Assembly (NCBI GenBank): GCA_041690135.1
Contig: JAWLHY010000003.1
Span: forward strand, 768,001-832,000
Direction: 5' to 3'
DNA length: 64,000 nucleotides
Origin: Armatimonadota bacterium
GTDB lineage: Bacteria > Armatimonadota > SYMT01
Position numbers and translations under genes: made by a program
The notes under the pieces: generated by a model
Database searches by the model: none
Seen by the model: the letters and a program-made list of their open reading frames with translations, nothing else
Told to the model about the DNA's origin: nothing
Shown: piece after piece, positions 52,396-62,644 of the stretch
How the letters are laid out: every line of letters begins with the position of its first letter
Numbering within the stretch: the first letter of the stretch is position 1

Positions 52396-52761
52396 TCTGG
52401 ATCCCTTCCCCCTCGTGGGTGTTCCGGGCCGTTTGCGGCGAAATACCCGCACCCGGAGGTAGCTGGCGCCTCGCGGGCGCGATATACAATCGTTCTACGG
52501 GAACGCTACGCGAATGCGGCGGTGCGGCGAGAGAATGCGCCGGGCAAACGGCCAGGGCGCCACTCCGCATGCAAATACCGCTGCTGCTTGCTGGTGCGTT
52601 CCGGACCGGTGGGATTTCCCGCCTGACCTATTGTCGGTCCGGTAATGCTTGCCTCCAGCGTCCGCGTTCCACCGAGCGCATCCGCATGTTATTCGAACTG
52701 ACGCTATCCGGTCAATGACCGCCGCCATGAGGCAGGGATTCCCTGCCTGCGAACACTCCCC

Positions 52762-53757
52762 ATGAAGCCCTTACTCGCCCTTACCGTGGGGGACCCGGCC
52801 GGAATCGGTCCGGAAATCGTCCTCAAGGCGCTCGCGGAGCCGGAAGCCCGCGAGCTGGCCCGCTATCTGGTGATTGGCCCGCACCAGGTGATTGCGGACA
52901 TGCACCAGCGGCTGCGTTCTCCGTTCGAGCTTTCCCTGGTTTCCGGCGTCGAGGTCCTCGACTCCGTGCCCTCGGGGAATTTACCGGTAGTATCCATTGC
53001 GTTCGATCCGGCCTCCGCTTTTCCGATCGGGCAGGTGAGTGCCCGCTCCGGGAAGGCGGCGGCGGAGGCGGTGGAAGAGGCCGTGCGCCTCGCGCTGGGG
53101 AAGAAGGTCGACGCCATCGTGACGGCGCCGCTCAATAAGGAGGCGCTGCAGGCCGCCGGCTATCCCTACCCCGGCCACACGGAGATGCTGGGGGCGCTCT
53201 GCAACGCCCGAGCCTCCATGCTGCTCTGGTCGCCGCGGCTGCGGGTGGTCCACGTGAGTGTCCACTGCTCGCTGCGGGAAGCGATCGAGCGCGTGACCCG
53301 GGAGAACGTCCGCGCGACGATCCAGCTCGCCCATGACGCGATGCGGCGGCTCGGCGAGGACCGGCCCCGGATCGCGGTGGCGGGCCTGAACCCGCACGCC
53401 GGGGAAGCGGGGATGTTCGGGACCGAAGAGCGGGACGAGGTCCTTCCGGCCATCGCGGACGCACGCGCGGCCGGTCTCGACGTTTCGGGCCCCTGGCCGC
53501 CCGATACCGTCTTCCTGCGAGCCTCGCGGGGTGAGTGGGACATTGTGGTGGGGATGTATCACGACCAGGGCCACATCGCCGTGAAGCTGTTCGGCCTGGA
53601 AGACGGCGTGAACGTGACCCTGGGTTTGCCGATCATTCGCACCTCCGTGGACCACGGGACCGCCTTCGACATCGCCGGCCAGGGGATCGCCCAGCACGAG
53701 AGCATGCTCCAGGCAATCCGATTGGCTACCCGGATGACGATCAGCGGACAACGGTAA
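52762..53757 (+). CDS. pdxA: 4-hydroxythreonine-4-phosphate dehydrogenase (PdxA family)
   Basis: GDPAGIGPE, TAPLNKE, GHTE, GLNPHAGE, MYHDQG, RTSVDHGTAFDIAG. Confidence 0.95.
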   Translation: MKPLLALTVGDPAGIGPEIVLKALAEPEARELARYLVIGPHQVIADMHQRLRSPFELSLVSGVEVLDSVPSGNLPVVSIAFDPASAFPIGQVSARSGKAAAEAVEEAVRLALGKKVDAIVTAPLNKEALQAAGYPYPGHTEMLGALCNARASMLLWSPRLRVVHVSVHCSLREAIERVTRENVRATIQLAHDAMRRLGEDRPRIAVAGLNPHAGEAGMFGTEERDEVLPAIADARAAGLDVSGPWPPDTVFLRASRGEWDIVVGMYHDQGHIAVKLFGLEDGVNVTLGLPIIRTSVDHGTAFDIAGQGIAQHESMLQAIRLATRMTISGQR

Positions 53758-53910
53758 GCCTGGGCCGCACCCCAACGACCCGAACCGGGGAGCGATTTGC
53801 TTGCTGCTTTGTACACCAGTCGATGGAATTCAGGGTTTGCTTGGGGCGCGAGCCGCGGCTTGTGGCACAATTGAAAAGAAAAGTCGCTCGGTGTACGAAA
53901 GGAGAAGGGC

Positions 53911-54570
53911 TTGAGATCCTGGAAAACGTTCGTGCTTTCGCTTCTTGCCCTTGGGCTCCTCGGAGCTGCCAGGCCGGCTGCGGCGCAAACGGTGCTGATC
54001 ACCAACCTGTATCACGATTTGTATGCCCTCAACGAGATCAGTTCCTCTAATGTCATCGGGCAAGCCTTTATAACCGACGGAGTAGCGCGCAACCTCCACT
54101 CCTTCGACGCACCCCTGGATTTCCATGACGGCGCGCTGCCGTCGCAGGTCACGGCGACCCTTTATAGCGTGGACAGCGAAGGATTCATAAATTCAGCTCT
54201 CAAGACATTGAGGCCCGCCTCCAGCCTGGGTGGCAACCTCTACCGCTTCGCGGGAGACAGCTTCAATCTGAGCCCGTCCACGAAGTACTTCATGGTGCTG
54301 GGTATGACCGGCACGGGTTACGCCCATTGGGAATTCACGTATTCTCACGAAAAACAGGGGCCCGGTTCTCTTGCGCTTTCAGGCTTCAAGGCGATGGCGT
54401 TCTCCACTGACTCAGGTGGGACGTGGCGACACACGTCCGCTTCCAACGGTGTCCACCAATTCCAGGTGAACGTGAACGACGTTCCCACCGAAGCCGTCCC
54501 CGAGCCCGGCGCCCTGCTGCTCTTCCTCCCCGCCCTGGGCGCCGTAGCCCTCCTGCGCCGCCGCCGTTAG
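53911..54570 (+). CDS. PEP-CTERM sorting domain protein
   Basis: Signal peptide; C-terminal VPEP + TM helix + RRRR. Confidence 0.88.
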   Translation: MRSWKTFVLSLLALGLLGAARPAAAQTVLITNLYHDLYALNEISSSNVIGQAFITDGVARNLHSFDAPLDFHDGALPSQVTATLYSVDSEGFINSALKTLRPASSLGGNLYRFAGDSFNLSPSTKYFMVLGMTGTGYAHWEFTYSHEKQGPGSLALSGFKAMAFSTDSGGTWRHTSASNGVHQFQVNVNDVPTEAVPEPGALLLFLPALGAVALLRRRR

Positions 54571-54575
54571 GTTCA

Positions 54576-54773
54576 GTCTCGCGCCAAGCCGCCAAGCCGC
54601 CAAGCAGTAAAGGGGACCTGTCTCTCGCAAAGACGCAAAGAACGCAAAGGAGAAGGGGGGAGCCGTAGTTGGTACGGCTCCCCCCTTCTCCTTGAGCAGA
54701 ACCTGGTGCACAGCCGCCTCGCCTCAAGTTTCTTCCAATTCCCTCTTGGCGGCTTGGCGGCTTGGCGCGAGAC
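54576..54773. repeat. Nested inverted repeats: octamer arms enclosing a 21-bp hairpin
   Basis: gtctcgcgccaagccgccaagccgccaag ... cttggcggcttggcggcttggcgcgagac; inner aaggagaaggggggagccgta/tacggctccccccttctcctt. Confidence 0.85.
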
Positions 54774-54786
54774 ATCGTCCGGGGGG

Positions 54787-56253
54787 TTAGCCGAAGATGC
54801 CCTCCACGATCTTGGCCTGGATCAGCTCGCGGGGCTGGTTCAGGTGGTTGTAGACGATGGTGTCGGGACGGATCCCGAGGGAGTAGTAGACGGAAGCCAG
54901 GATCTCGGTGGGGTGGACCGGGTCCTCGGCGGGGCTGGAGGCGGTGGCGTCGGACTTGCCGTACTGGACGCCGCGCTTGACCCCCGCGCCCGCCACCAGG
55001 CCGGTGTAGCAGTAGGGCCAGTGGTCCCGACCGTCCGGGGCGTTGCCGTTGCCGGAGGTGGAGACGCCCATCCGCGGGGAGCGGCCGAACTCGCCGATGG
55101 CGACGACCATGGTCTCCTCCAGCAGGCCGCGCTGGTGCAGGTCTTCCAGCAGGGCGGAGAGGGCGCTGTCCAGCTTGGGGCAATGGAGATCCTTCAGCGG
55201 GCCGAAGTTGGCGGCGTGGGTGTCCCAGGCGGTGGTCTTCGGGTCGCCGTTGGCCACGGAAGGCCAGTTCACTTCCACGAAGCGGGTGCCGGCCTCGACC
55301 AGGCGGCGCGCCAGCAGGACGCTCTGGCCGAAGGTATGGCGGCCGTAGCGGTCGCGGACCTTGTCCGGCTCCTGGGTGAGATCGAACGCCTTGCGCGCCC
55401 GGCCGGAGAGGATAAGGTCGTACGCCTGCTCGTAGTACTTGTTGAGGGCGTACTTCTCGACGGCCTTCTGGACTTCGGGCATCTGGGCGTCCAGCGACTT
55501 GCGCAGGCCCGCGCGCCGCTCCAGCCGGTTCTCGGTGACCTCCGGGCGGAGCTTCAGGTCGTCGATCTTGATGTGGTTCATCTTGTCCTGGTCGGTATCG
55601 CCGCCCGGCGGGAACAGGTAGTAGGGATCGTACGCCTTGCCGAGGAACCCGGCGGTGCCGCCCTTGTTGACCACGCCCGACTCCTGCATGGGGCGGGGCA
55701 GCATCACGAACGGCAGCATCGGCTCGGACGGCGGCTTGAGCCGCGCGATCTGCGAGCCCCCGTGCGGGAAGTCGGTGGGGGAGGGCGGATCGAGCTGTCC
55801 GGACGGGGCGACCTTGTCCGGGGTGTAACCGGTGACCATCTGGTACATGGCGGCCGTGTGGTTGAAGAGGCCGGCCGGCGTGTAGCTGACGGAGCGGATG
55901 AGGGTGGCCTTATCGAGTTGCTGGGCCAGCAGCGGCATGTGCTCGCCCACGAACGTGCCGGGGATCTTCGTGGGGATCGGCTTGAACTGGCCGCGGATGT
56001 TCTCCGGCGCGTCCGGCTTGGGGTCCCAGATATCGATGTGGCTGGGGCCGCCCTGGAGGAAGATGAAGATGACGCTCTTCGCCTTCCCGAACGCCGCCGC
56101 GGACCCGCCCGCCGCTTCCACCGCTTGAGCGGAGCGGAGCGCGAGCACGTTGGGGAGGGAGAGCCCCATGAGGCTGATGCCCCCGATGCGGAGCAGGTCG
56201 CGCCGGGTGAAGCTGTCGCACAGCCTTCCTTTATTTCCCTGGATTGTCAGCAT
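54787..56253 (-). CDS. DUF1501 family protein
   Basis: [48 protein letters not shown]. Confidence 0.93.
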   Translation of the reverse strand: MLTIQGNKGRLCDSFTRRDLLRIGGISLMGLSLPNVLALRSAQAVEAAGGSAAAFGKAKSVIFIFLQGGPSHIDIWDPKPDAPENIRGQFKPIPTKIPGTFVGEHMPLLAQQLDKATLIRSVSYTPAGLFNHTAAMYQMVTGYTPDKVAPSGQLDPPSPTDFPHGGSQIARLKPPSEPMLPFVMLPRPMQESGVVNKGGTAGFLGKAYDPYYLFPPGGDTDQDKMNHIKIDDLKLRPEVTENRLERRAGLRKSLDAQMPEVQKAVEKYALNKYYEQAYDLILSGRARKAFDLTQEPDKVRDRYGRHTFGQSVLLARRLVEAGTRFVEVNWPSVANGDPKTTAWDTHAANFGPLKDLHCPKLDSALSALLEDLHQRGLLEETMVVAIGEFGRSPRMGVSTSGNGNAPDGRDHWPYCYTGLVAGAGVKRGVQYGKSDATASSPAEDPVHPTEILASVYYSLGIRPDTIVYNHLNQPRELIQAKIVEGIFG

Positions 56254-56270
56254 TGCGGGCCTCCGGTTTT

Positions 56271-56373
56271 AAGGAGCGCAGTGCAATCCCTACGGACGCA
56301 TGCGCTGCGCACGACGTATAAGGAGCGCAGTGCAACTGCGCGCGAAGTTTGGTCCTGCAGTGCAACTGCAGGA
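56271..56373. repeat. Cluster of three REP-like gcagtgcaa(ctgc) units
   Basis: aaggagcgcagtgcaa twice; gcgcagtgcaactgcgc and tcctgcagtgcaactgcagga hairpins. Confidence 0.7.
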
Positions 56374-56387
56374 CATCAATTCTGGCT

Positions 56388-59111
56388 CTAACGGTTGAAC
56401 AGGAAGGCCGGGCTGTTGATGAGGGCCCACATGAGGTCCTGGGCGCCTTCGCTCCGGTCTTTCGCGGTTTGGATGTGCTTGACGGCCGTGTCCAGCTCCT
56501 TCGCCGTGGGGAGCCGGCAGAAGACGGCCAAGTAGATCTCTTCGACGAGCTTCCGGTTCTCCGGAACCTCTTTCACCAGGCGCGCCACCCGGCCGTTGGG
56601 GTCGGCGATGGCCGTGGCGATGGTGTCGCCGTTCATCAGGTTGAGCGCCTGGGCCAGGCTGACTTCGCTGGAGCGCTCGCACTCGCAGGGGCTTTCGCGT
56701 GACGGCCGGCCGAACAGGTCGAGGAAGTTGGTGTTGGCCACGCGGGTATCGGGAAGCTGCTGCGCCCGGGTGCCGGAGGGCACGCCGGGGTACTTGGGGT
56801 AGCTGCCCGTAGCGTGGCTGATGGCGTCCATGAGCTGTTCCGCGGTGAGCCGCCGGGCCACCTGGTGGGAGAAGTTGATCTGGTCGTCCTCGTTCCACCG
56901 GTTGGCGGCGATGCTCGCCTGGTAGGTGCGGGAGCTCACGATGGTGCGCATCAGGTGGCGCAGGTCGAACCCGCTCCGGATGAAGTCCGCCGTGAGGGCA
57001 TCGAGGAGCGGCGCGTTGCTGGGCGGGTTGCTGTTGCGGATGTCATCGACCGGGTCGATGATGCCACGCCCCAGGAAGTAGCTCCAGATGCGGTTGGACC
57101 AGGACTTCGCGAAGAAGGGGTTTTGGGCCGCGGTGAGCCACTGGGCCAGCGCCTGCCGGCGGGTGGCGGGCGTGGCGCCGCCCTGGAGAGCCGCCACCGT
57201 GACAGGGAACTCCGGAGCGACCACCGTCCCCTTGCGCGGGTGGGTCACCTCTCCGGTATTGCGGTCGTAGATCGACTCGTCGCCGCTGGGGCCCGGCTTG
57301 AACCCGACCTGCGCGAAGTAGGCGCCGAGCTGGTAGTACTGGGCCTGCGTCCAGCGCTCGAAGGGGTGGTCGTGGCACTTGTTGCAGGAGAACCGCACCC
57401 CCAGGAAGAGCTGCGTGACGTTCTCCGTGGCGGTGGAGGTGTCGCGGATGACGCGGAAGTAGTTGCTGGCCGGGTTCTCGAAGGCGCTGCCCGTGGAGGT
57501 GAGCAACTCGCGGACGAACTGGTCGAGCGGCCGGTTCTGGGCGATGGAAGCGTGGATCCAGGCCCGGAAGGCGTGCATCCCCTTATCGCCCAGGTACTTG
57601 CGGTTCACCTGGAGCAGGTCGGCGAACTTGTAGGTCCAGTGGTCGTCGAACTCGGGGGAGCGGAGGAGGCGGTCGATGAGGCGTGCACGGGCTTTGACGG
57701 CGATGGTTTGCCGGGAGTTGGAACCTCGCACCGGGGCAGTGTAATGCGTATTGCGTATTGCGTAATTCGAACCCATGGGTTCAGATGTTGCTGCGGTTAA
57801 CCGAGCGGTCTGCTCCCCCGGTCCCTGCGCCCTTGCGCCCTTGCGTTCTGCCAAACCGTGCTCGCTCTGTAACCTACTGCCCCCTGCCCCCTGCTCCCTG
57901 CCCCCTTGCGCTTTGGCGACAGAAACCGCCCGCAGTTCTTCCGCACACTCGGATAGGAACTGGCGTGTTTGCTGGGGCGTGGGGAGGGTGCCGGTGAGAT
58001 CGAGGGTGACGCGGCGGAGGAAGTCGGCGTCGGAGCAGTAGGGGGCGGGGAGGGCCTTGATCCGCTTCAGTTTGAGATCGACCAGCTCGTCGACGAAGTT
58101 CTGCTGGGGCGCGGCGACCCACTTCCAGCCGGTGCGGTCGCCCAGGACGGTGAACTCGTTGGTGGCGAACTGCCCCTCGTAGGAGACCTGGACGGCGGTC
58201 TCCCCGCGGCGGACCGTGGTGACTCGCCCATGGTCGTCCACCGTGGCGACCTCGGGGACACTGCTGGTGTAGCGGGCGTCGCGGGTGACGTCGCGGGTGG
58301 TACCGTCGTCGTAGTGGGCGATGACGACCAGGTTCTGCTTCTGGCCGGGGAGCGGGATGGTGGGGTGCTTCGGCAGGACCTCGAGGCGCGCGACGCGGCT
58401 GACTTTCTCCACGTCGGACTGGACGCCCTCCGCGATCCACTGGCGGATAACGTGATAGTAGCGGCTGCCGCGGTCGAACACGAGCCCGCCCTGGTGGGGC
58501 ACGTCCTGCACCGGCTTCTGGAGCATCAGGCTGGAGTCGGGCGCGGCCCGGTTGAAGCGGCGGCCGCTGACGTCATCGACGAGCGCCTGGTAATCGAACT
58601 CCAGGTCGTAGCCGCGCAGGGAGAGCTTGAACCCGTTCTTCCCCGCCTGGGCGCCGTGGCAGGTGCCCTGGTTGCAGCCGGTTTTGGCGAGCACCGGCGA
58701 CACGTCGCGCACGAAGCTAATGGGCGGCGCGGCCATGCTCTTCACCGTGAGGGGCAGCGCGATCGTCTTTCCGGCCGCCCGGATCGTAACGCTTCCCTTC
58801 CCCACCTTCTGCGGCACCAGGTAACCGCCGGGCGCCGCCTGCACCAGCCCACCCACCGGACGGAAGACCGCGCTGCCCGTGAGGTCGACCGTCCCGCCGG
58901 ACTTCGTAATGCCGGTAACGAGCACTCGCCGGATATCGCGCTTGTTGGCCAGGGTCAGCGTCGCGGGCAGCAACTGCAGCCGCACCACGGCCCGGCCGGG
59001 ATCCGCCTTCCGGACCGCCGGTTTCGCCGCGGGGGCTCGCTTTGGGGCGGGCGCGGCTCCGGCCGGCAGGGCGGTTCCGGCGGCGAGGAGGAGGGCTAGG
59101 GAGTATTTCAT
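56388..59111 (-). CDS. DUF1549/DUF1553 protein with Ig-like domains, paralog C
   Basis: GCNQGTCHG..GKNGFKLSLRG, CNKCHDHPFE, GRGIIDPVDD, FGRP.RES.CECER. Confidence 0.92.
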   Translation of the reverse strand: MKYSLALLLAAGTALPAGAAPAPKRAPAAKPAVRKADPGRAVVRLQLLPATLTLANKRDIRRVLVTGITKSGGTVDLTGSAVFRPVGGLVQAAPGGYLVPQKVGKGSVTIRAAGKTIALPLTVKSMAAPPISFVRDVSPVLAKTGCNQGTCHGAQAGKNGFKLSLRGYDLEFDYQALVDDVSGRRFNRAAPDSSLMLQKPVQDVPHQGGLVFDRGSRYYHVIRQWIAEGVQSDVEKVSRVARLEVLPKHPTIPLPGQKQNLVVIAHYDDGTTRDVTRDARYTSSVPEVATVDDHGRVTTVRRGETAVQVSYEGQFATNEFTVLGDRTGWKWVAAPQQNFVDELVDLKLKRIKALPAPYCSDADFLRRVTLDLTGTLPTPQQTRQFLSECAEELRAVSVAKAQGGREQGAGGSRLQSEHGLAERKGARAQGPGEQTARLTAATSEPMGSNYAIRNTHYTAPVRGSNSRQTIAVKARARLIDRLLRSPEFDDHWTYKFADLLQVNRKYLGDKGMHAFRAWIHASIAQNRPLDQFVRELLTSTGSAFENPASNYFRVIRDTSTATENVTQLFLGVRFSCNKCHDHPFERWTQAQYYQLGAYFAQVGFKPGPSGDESIYDRNTGEVTHPRKGTVVAPEFPVTVAALQGGATPATRRQALAQWLTAAQNPFFAKSWSNRIWSYFLGRGIIDPVDDIRNSNPPSNAPLLDALTADFIRSGFDLRHLMRTIVSSRTYQASIAANRWNEDDQINFSHQVARRLTAEQLMDAISHATGSYPKYPGVPSGTRAQQLPDTRVANTNFLDLFGRPSRESPCECERSSEVSLAQALNLMNGDTIATAIADPNGRVARLVKEVPENRKLVEEIYLAVFCRLPTAKELDTAVKHIQTAKDRSEGAQDLMWALINSPAFLFNR
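57690..57950 (-). repeat. In-frame palindrome/heptamer cassette in the DUF1549 loop
   Basis: Palindromes cggttaaccg and gaacccatgggttc, plus (acgcaat)n and gcaaggg/gcagggg runs on the coding strand. Confidence 0.85.
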
Positions 59112-59570
59112 GGGCGTTGGGCGTTGGGCGTTGGGCGTTGGGTATTCGGGTGTTCGGGTGTTCGGGTTTTCAGGGGTTCAGGTATTCGGGAGTTGGTGAA
59201 TGGAAGTAGTCTCGGATGGCGGCACTGTAGGGAATGTGACGCCGCTCCATTCCGCCGCTCGCGAGGTTGATCTTGCTTGGCCAACTCGTGCGCACTATGG
59301 CTTCCAGTCCCGTAGAAGGTGCTCGCTCTCCCGGCCATTCGGCCCCCCGGCCTGGGCTTCGCTGGATTAGGATGAAGATTGGGATAAGGATAAGGACGTT
59401 CTTGGGCTGTTACAGCTTCCGCTTATCAGTTCGGAGTGCCCTCTTCGGCGCTTTCGGCCCCCCGGCCCCCAATCCTGGGGGAGTCTGTTCAACGTTACGG
59501 GTTCTCAACGCTATGTGTAGAGTTCGTCTCCAGTTGTTTCAGCGATCAGGATGTGGATTACGATTAGAGT
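59112..59570. repeat. Mosaic of short tandem repeats
   Basis: (gggcgtt)4, gggtgttc-type octamers, ggataa/ggatta hexamers, ccccaatcctgggg hairpin. Confidence 0.75.
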
Positions 59571-59591
59571 CGGGGCAAGGAGGCGGCGGGT

Positions 59592-60986
59592 TTATTTGTT
59601 GCCGGCGGCGACGACGATCGGGACGGGGAGCAGGATGCTTTTGAGCGTGCCGGTGGGCAGCTCGTAGAGGCGGACCTGGCCGTCGAAGCCGCCGGCGGCG
59701 AGTTGACCGCTCTTGGGGTGCCAGGCCAGGGTGTGGATGCTGCCCTGGTGGCCCTTGAGGGTGGCGACGCGGCTGCCATCCGCCGTTTTGTAGACCCGCA
59801 CCTCGGCGGAGCGGCCGCCCACGGCCATCAGGGCGCCGTCTGGGCTGAAGGCGAGGGCGTGGATCGGTCCGTCCAGCTTCTCGAAGGTCCGCAGCAGGTT
59901 GTAGTCCTCCCGGTTCATCGTCCGCGCCTGCTTCTTATAGATGGAGTAGTAGCGGACCAGCCCCTCCTCCCCGCCGACGGCGACCTCGTCCGTGGCCGGG
60001 TTGCGGGCAATGGCGAAGTAGCCGCCGTTGTAGACCTGGTAGTTGACGTCGTCGACGAAGTTCTTCGTGGCGATCTCCACGAGCTTGATCGCCTTATCGC
60101 GGCTGGTGCTCACCATGTGGGAGCTGTCGCGCGTGAAGGTGGTCCCGAACACCCAGTCGCTGTGGTTGTCGAACTTGAGTAGCGGCTGGAGCTCCGGCAC
60201 GGTGTGCAGGTACACCGACTTCTCCGCGCTGCCGCAGGCCAGCTTCTTTCCGTCCGGCGAGAAGGAGACGCCGTAGAGGAGATCGAAGCCGACCTCCACC
60301 GACCGGACCTGCTTGCGGGTGGCAACCTCCCAGAGCTGGATCTCGCCGAAGCGGCAGGAGTTGCCGCCGACCGCCGCCAGATACTTGCCGTCCGGGCTGA
60401 ACGCCACGCTCTCGATCCGCTCGCTGCGCCCCACGAGGCGACCCACCAGCCCGCTGCCGTCCGCCTTGTGCAGCAGGACCTCCCGATAGCCGTTCACCGC
60501 GAGGAGGGCGCCGTCCGGCGAATAGGCCAGGGTGGTGGTGACCGGTAGCTTGGGGTAGACCGGCGGGTGCTCCGCGCTGATGGGGTCCTTCGGCTGGGGG
60601 GTGTCGTCCTTCCCGCCCTGCGCGATCCAGAGGCGGATCGTTTCCACCTCGACGGCGGAGAGGGGCGGGGCGTCCTTCGGCATGGAGGGCTTCTTGCCGC
60701 TGATCGACTTGTAGAGGGGACTATCCGCCGGTTTGCCGGAGACGAACCCCGGCCCCGCGACCCCGCCGGACTTGAGGGCGGCGTAGGTGACTACGCTGAG
60801 CTTGCCGCTGCGGTTGCCGGGGAAGTGGCAGCCCTGGCAGCGTTTGGCGAGGAGGGGGCGCACCTCGCGGTGGAAGCTGACCGCTTTGCTGCCGGCCGGG
60901 GCCTGGGAGAAGGCCGGCAGGGCGAGGCCCGCCAGGAGCGCGCTGCCCGCGCCGAGGAGTAGGGGAAGGGAGTACTGCTTCAACAT
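59592..60986 (-). CDS. Planctomycete cytochrome c (PSCyt1) + WD40 repeat protein
   Basis: SFHREVRPLLAKRCQGCH; repeated AFSPDG..LA, GH...I..LAW, DG.VRLY. Confidence 0.92.
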   Translation of the reverse strand: MLKQYSLPLLLGAGSALLAGLALPAFSQAPAGSKAVSFHREVRPLLAKRCQGCHFPGNRSGKLSVVTYAALKSGGVAGPGFVSGKPADSPLYKSISGKKPSMPKDAPPLSAVEVETIRLWIAQGGKDDTPQPKDPISAEHPPVYPKLPVTTTLAYSPDGALLAVNGYREVLLHKADGSGLVGRLVGRSERIESVAFSPDGKYLAAVGGNSCRFGEIQLWEVATRKQVRSVEVGFDLLYGVSFSPDGKKLACGSAEKSVYLHTVPELQPLLKFDNHSDWVFGTTFTRDSSHMVSTSRDKAIKLVEIATKNFVDDVNYQVYNGGYFAIARNPATDEVAVGGEEGLVRYYSIYKKQARTMNREDYNLLRTFEKLDGPIHALAFSPDGALMAVGGRSAEVRVYKTADGSRVATLKGHQGSIHTLAWHPKSGQLAAGGFDGQVRLYELPTGTLKSILLPVPIVVAAGNK

Positions 60987-61119
60987 CGAGGAAATACTGC
61001 CATCGGCTTTCTGCCGGCTTTTCAACGGCTTTCCAGAGCTTGGTCGGCCCGCGAGAAGCGACCCGAACAACCGCAAAGTGTTATGAGAGCGGCCAATTGC
61101 CGGAGTTGCGAGAATCTTG

Positions 61120-61770
61120 GGTACGTGATGCGTGTTGCGTAATGCGTGAGGCTTGCGTGCGTGGCGGGTGCGGGGGGCAGGGATTTCGCCTCGAACGTGG
61201 GGAGGCGTGAGGCGTGAAACGTAAGGCGTGAGGCGTGAGGTCTGGGGCAGGGGCGGGGTTGGTTTGGCATGGGTGGGTTCTGGGGTGTGAGGCGTGGGGT
61301 CGGGTGCTGGGTGGCTGCATAGGGCAGGATGAGTGCCTCGAGCGCATGGAGACGTGATGCGTGAGGTCTAGACACAGGAGGGGGGCGGGGGCATGGAGTG
61401 GTGGGGTGATCAGAGGGTGCGCTGCGCGGGCCAACACGAAATCGCGAAAGCCCATACGGGCCCGTAGGGAGCGAAATCACGAAAGGGAACGGTCGAGGTG
61501 GCTGCGATGGGGCTTCCTGACACGGAGGAGCCGGAGGCGATGGAGGGACACGTGGGCGGATCCGCGACTGAAGGGGATGCGGTGAATGGTGCAGGATGAG
61601 GCCGGGGCAAGCGAGCGTTGCACGTTTTTGCACGTACTTGCACTCCTGGGGGCTGATTTCTGGAGGTGCGAGGTGAGAAGGGCGAAGTGCGAGTTGCCCA
61701 TGGCCTTCTGCCCACTGCCTCCTGCCTTCTGCGCCCGGGTTGGACGAATCTGGACGGTTTTGGACATGGG
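61120..61770. repeat. Non-coding region rich in heptamer and 10-bp phased repeats
   Basis: gcgtga(g/t) runs, gccttct runs, tgcacg-N4 x3, tggacg-N4 x3. Confidence 0.7.
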
Positions 61771-62215
61771 AAGAAAAATCTGGGGCCTCCTTCGCGGTAC
61801 TGGCATGAGGAACCCCTTCCGGCGGCTGGCACTGCGGGGTGCCTGGTCGCCGTGGCTCCCAACCTCCCAATAGTCCGGAGCGGTGGGAATCTCAACCCCA
61901 ATTTTGGAAATTAGTTCCAACTAATGTTTGCGGAGGGTGGGGGGGAGTTGCGGACCCGTTTTGCACGCCTGCCACGAACCTGTTTCTCCGCGCAGGTCAG
62001 TGAGGCTTGCCGGAGTGCCGGCGCTTGCGCGGCCTCCACTTGGTGTACCGTACCTGCCCAGTAGCTTGCACGCACCTCTTGGCGGTCGGATTTGGTGCGT
62101 GGAGCAAGGATTGTGTACTGGGCTTCCGAGGGGCGTGGGGATCCATGTCGGCGGCCGCTCACCTTGACGGCACGCAACGTGGTGCGGGTTCAAGGACCCG
62201 GCTCGGTTTGTCCGT

Positions 62216-62487
62216 GTGACCTCATCCCCAACCCCTTCTCCGACACAGAGAAGGGGCTATCGGCGTGAACCCAGTACGACGCCGTACTTTCCGCAGAAGC
62301 CACCGGTCACTTTGGCCGACATTCTGATCGCCCACCAAGCCCCCACACGACCGTGATCGTCGAGCCCGTGAAGACCAGAGCCATCCCTGTACTGCGCGAG
62401 GGCTTCCCCCTTCCCTGCGTCGGAGAAGTTTACGCCCCGCGGGAGTGGGGGACCGAGGGGGATGAGGTTACCGCGGTCACCGCAGCC
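62216..62487 (+). repeat. REPIN/MITE-like element, copy 2
   Basis: Inverted REP pair gtgacctcatcccc..ccccttctccgacacagagaagggg / ccccttccctgcgtcggagaag..ggggatgaggttac. Confidence 0.85.
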
Positions 62488-62644
62488 GTTAGTATTGTCG
62501 CACTCCAAGCCTTGCAGCACCCTGGTAGACCGCTGGATGCGTTGGCCACGGCGGTCCACCCCCACGTGCGTGGGGAGTAATGCTTCGTCTCACCCGTGGG
62601 GGCGCAGCTACGTTGCTCCGTCCTCTTGCCCCAGGGTGCTACCG

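Noticed and set aside
62160-62195. gggttcaag resembling a tRNA T-loop
   Set aside because: No cloverleaf; it is one arm of a ccttga...tcaagg hairpin in the duplicated unit.
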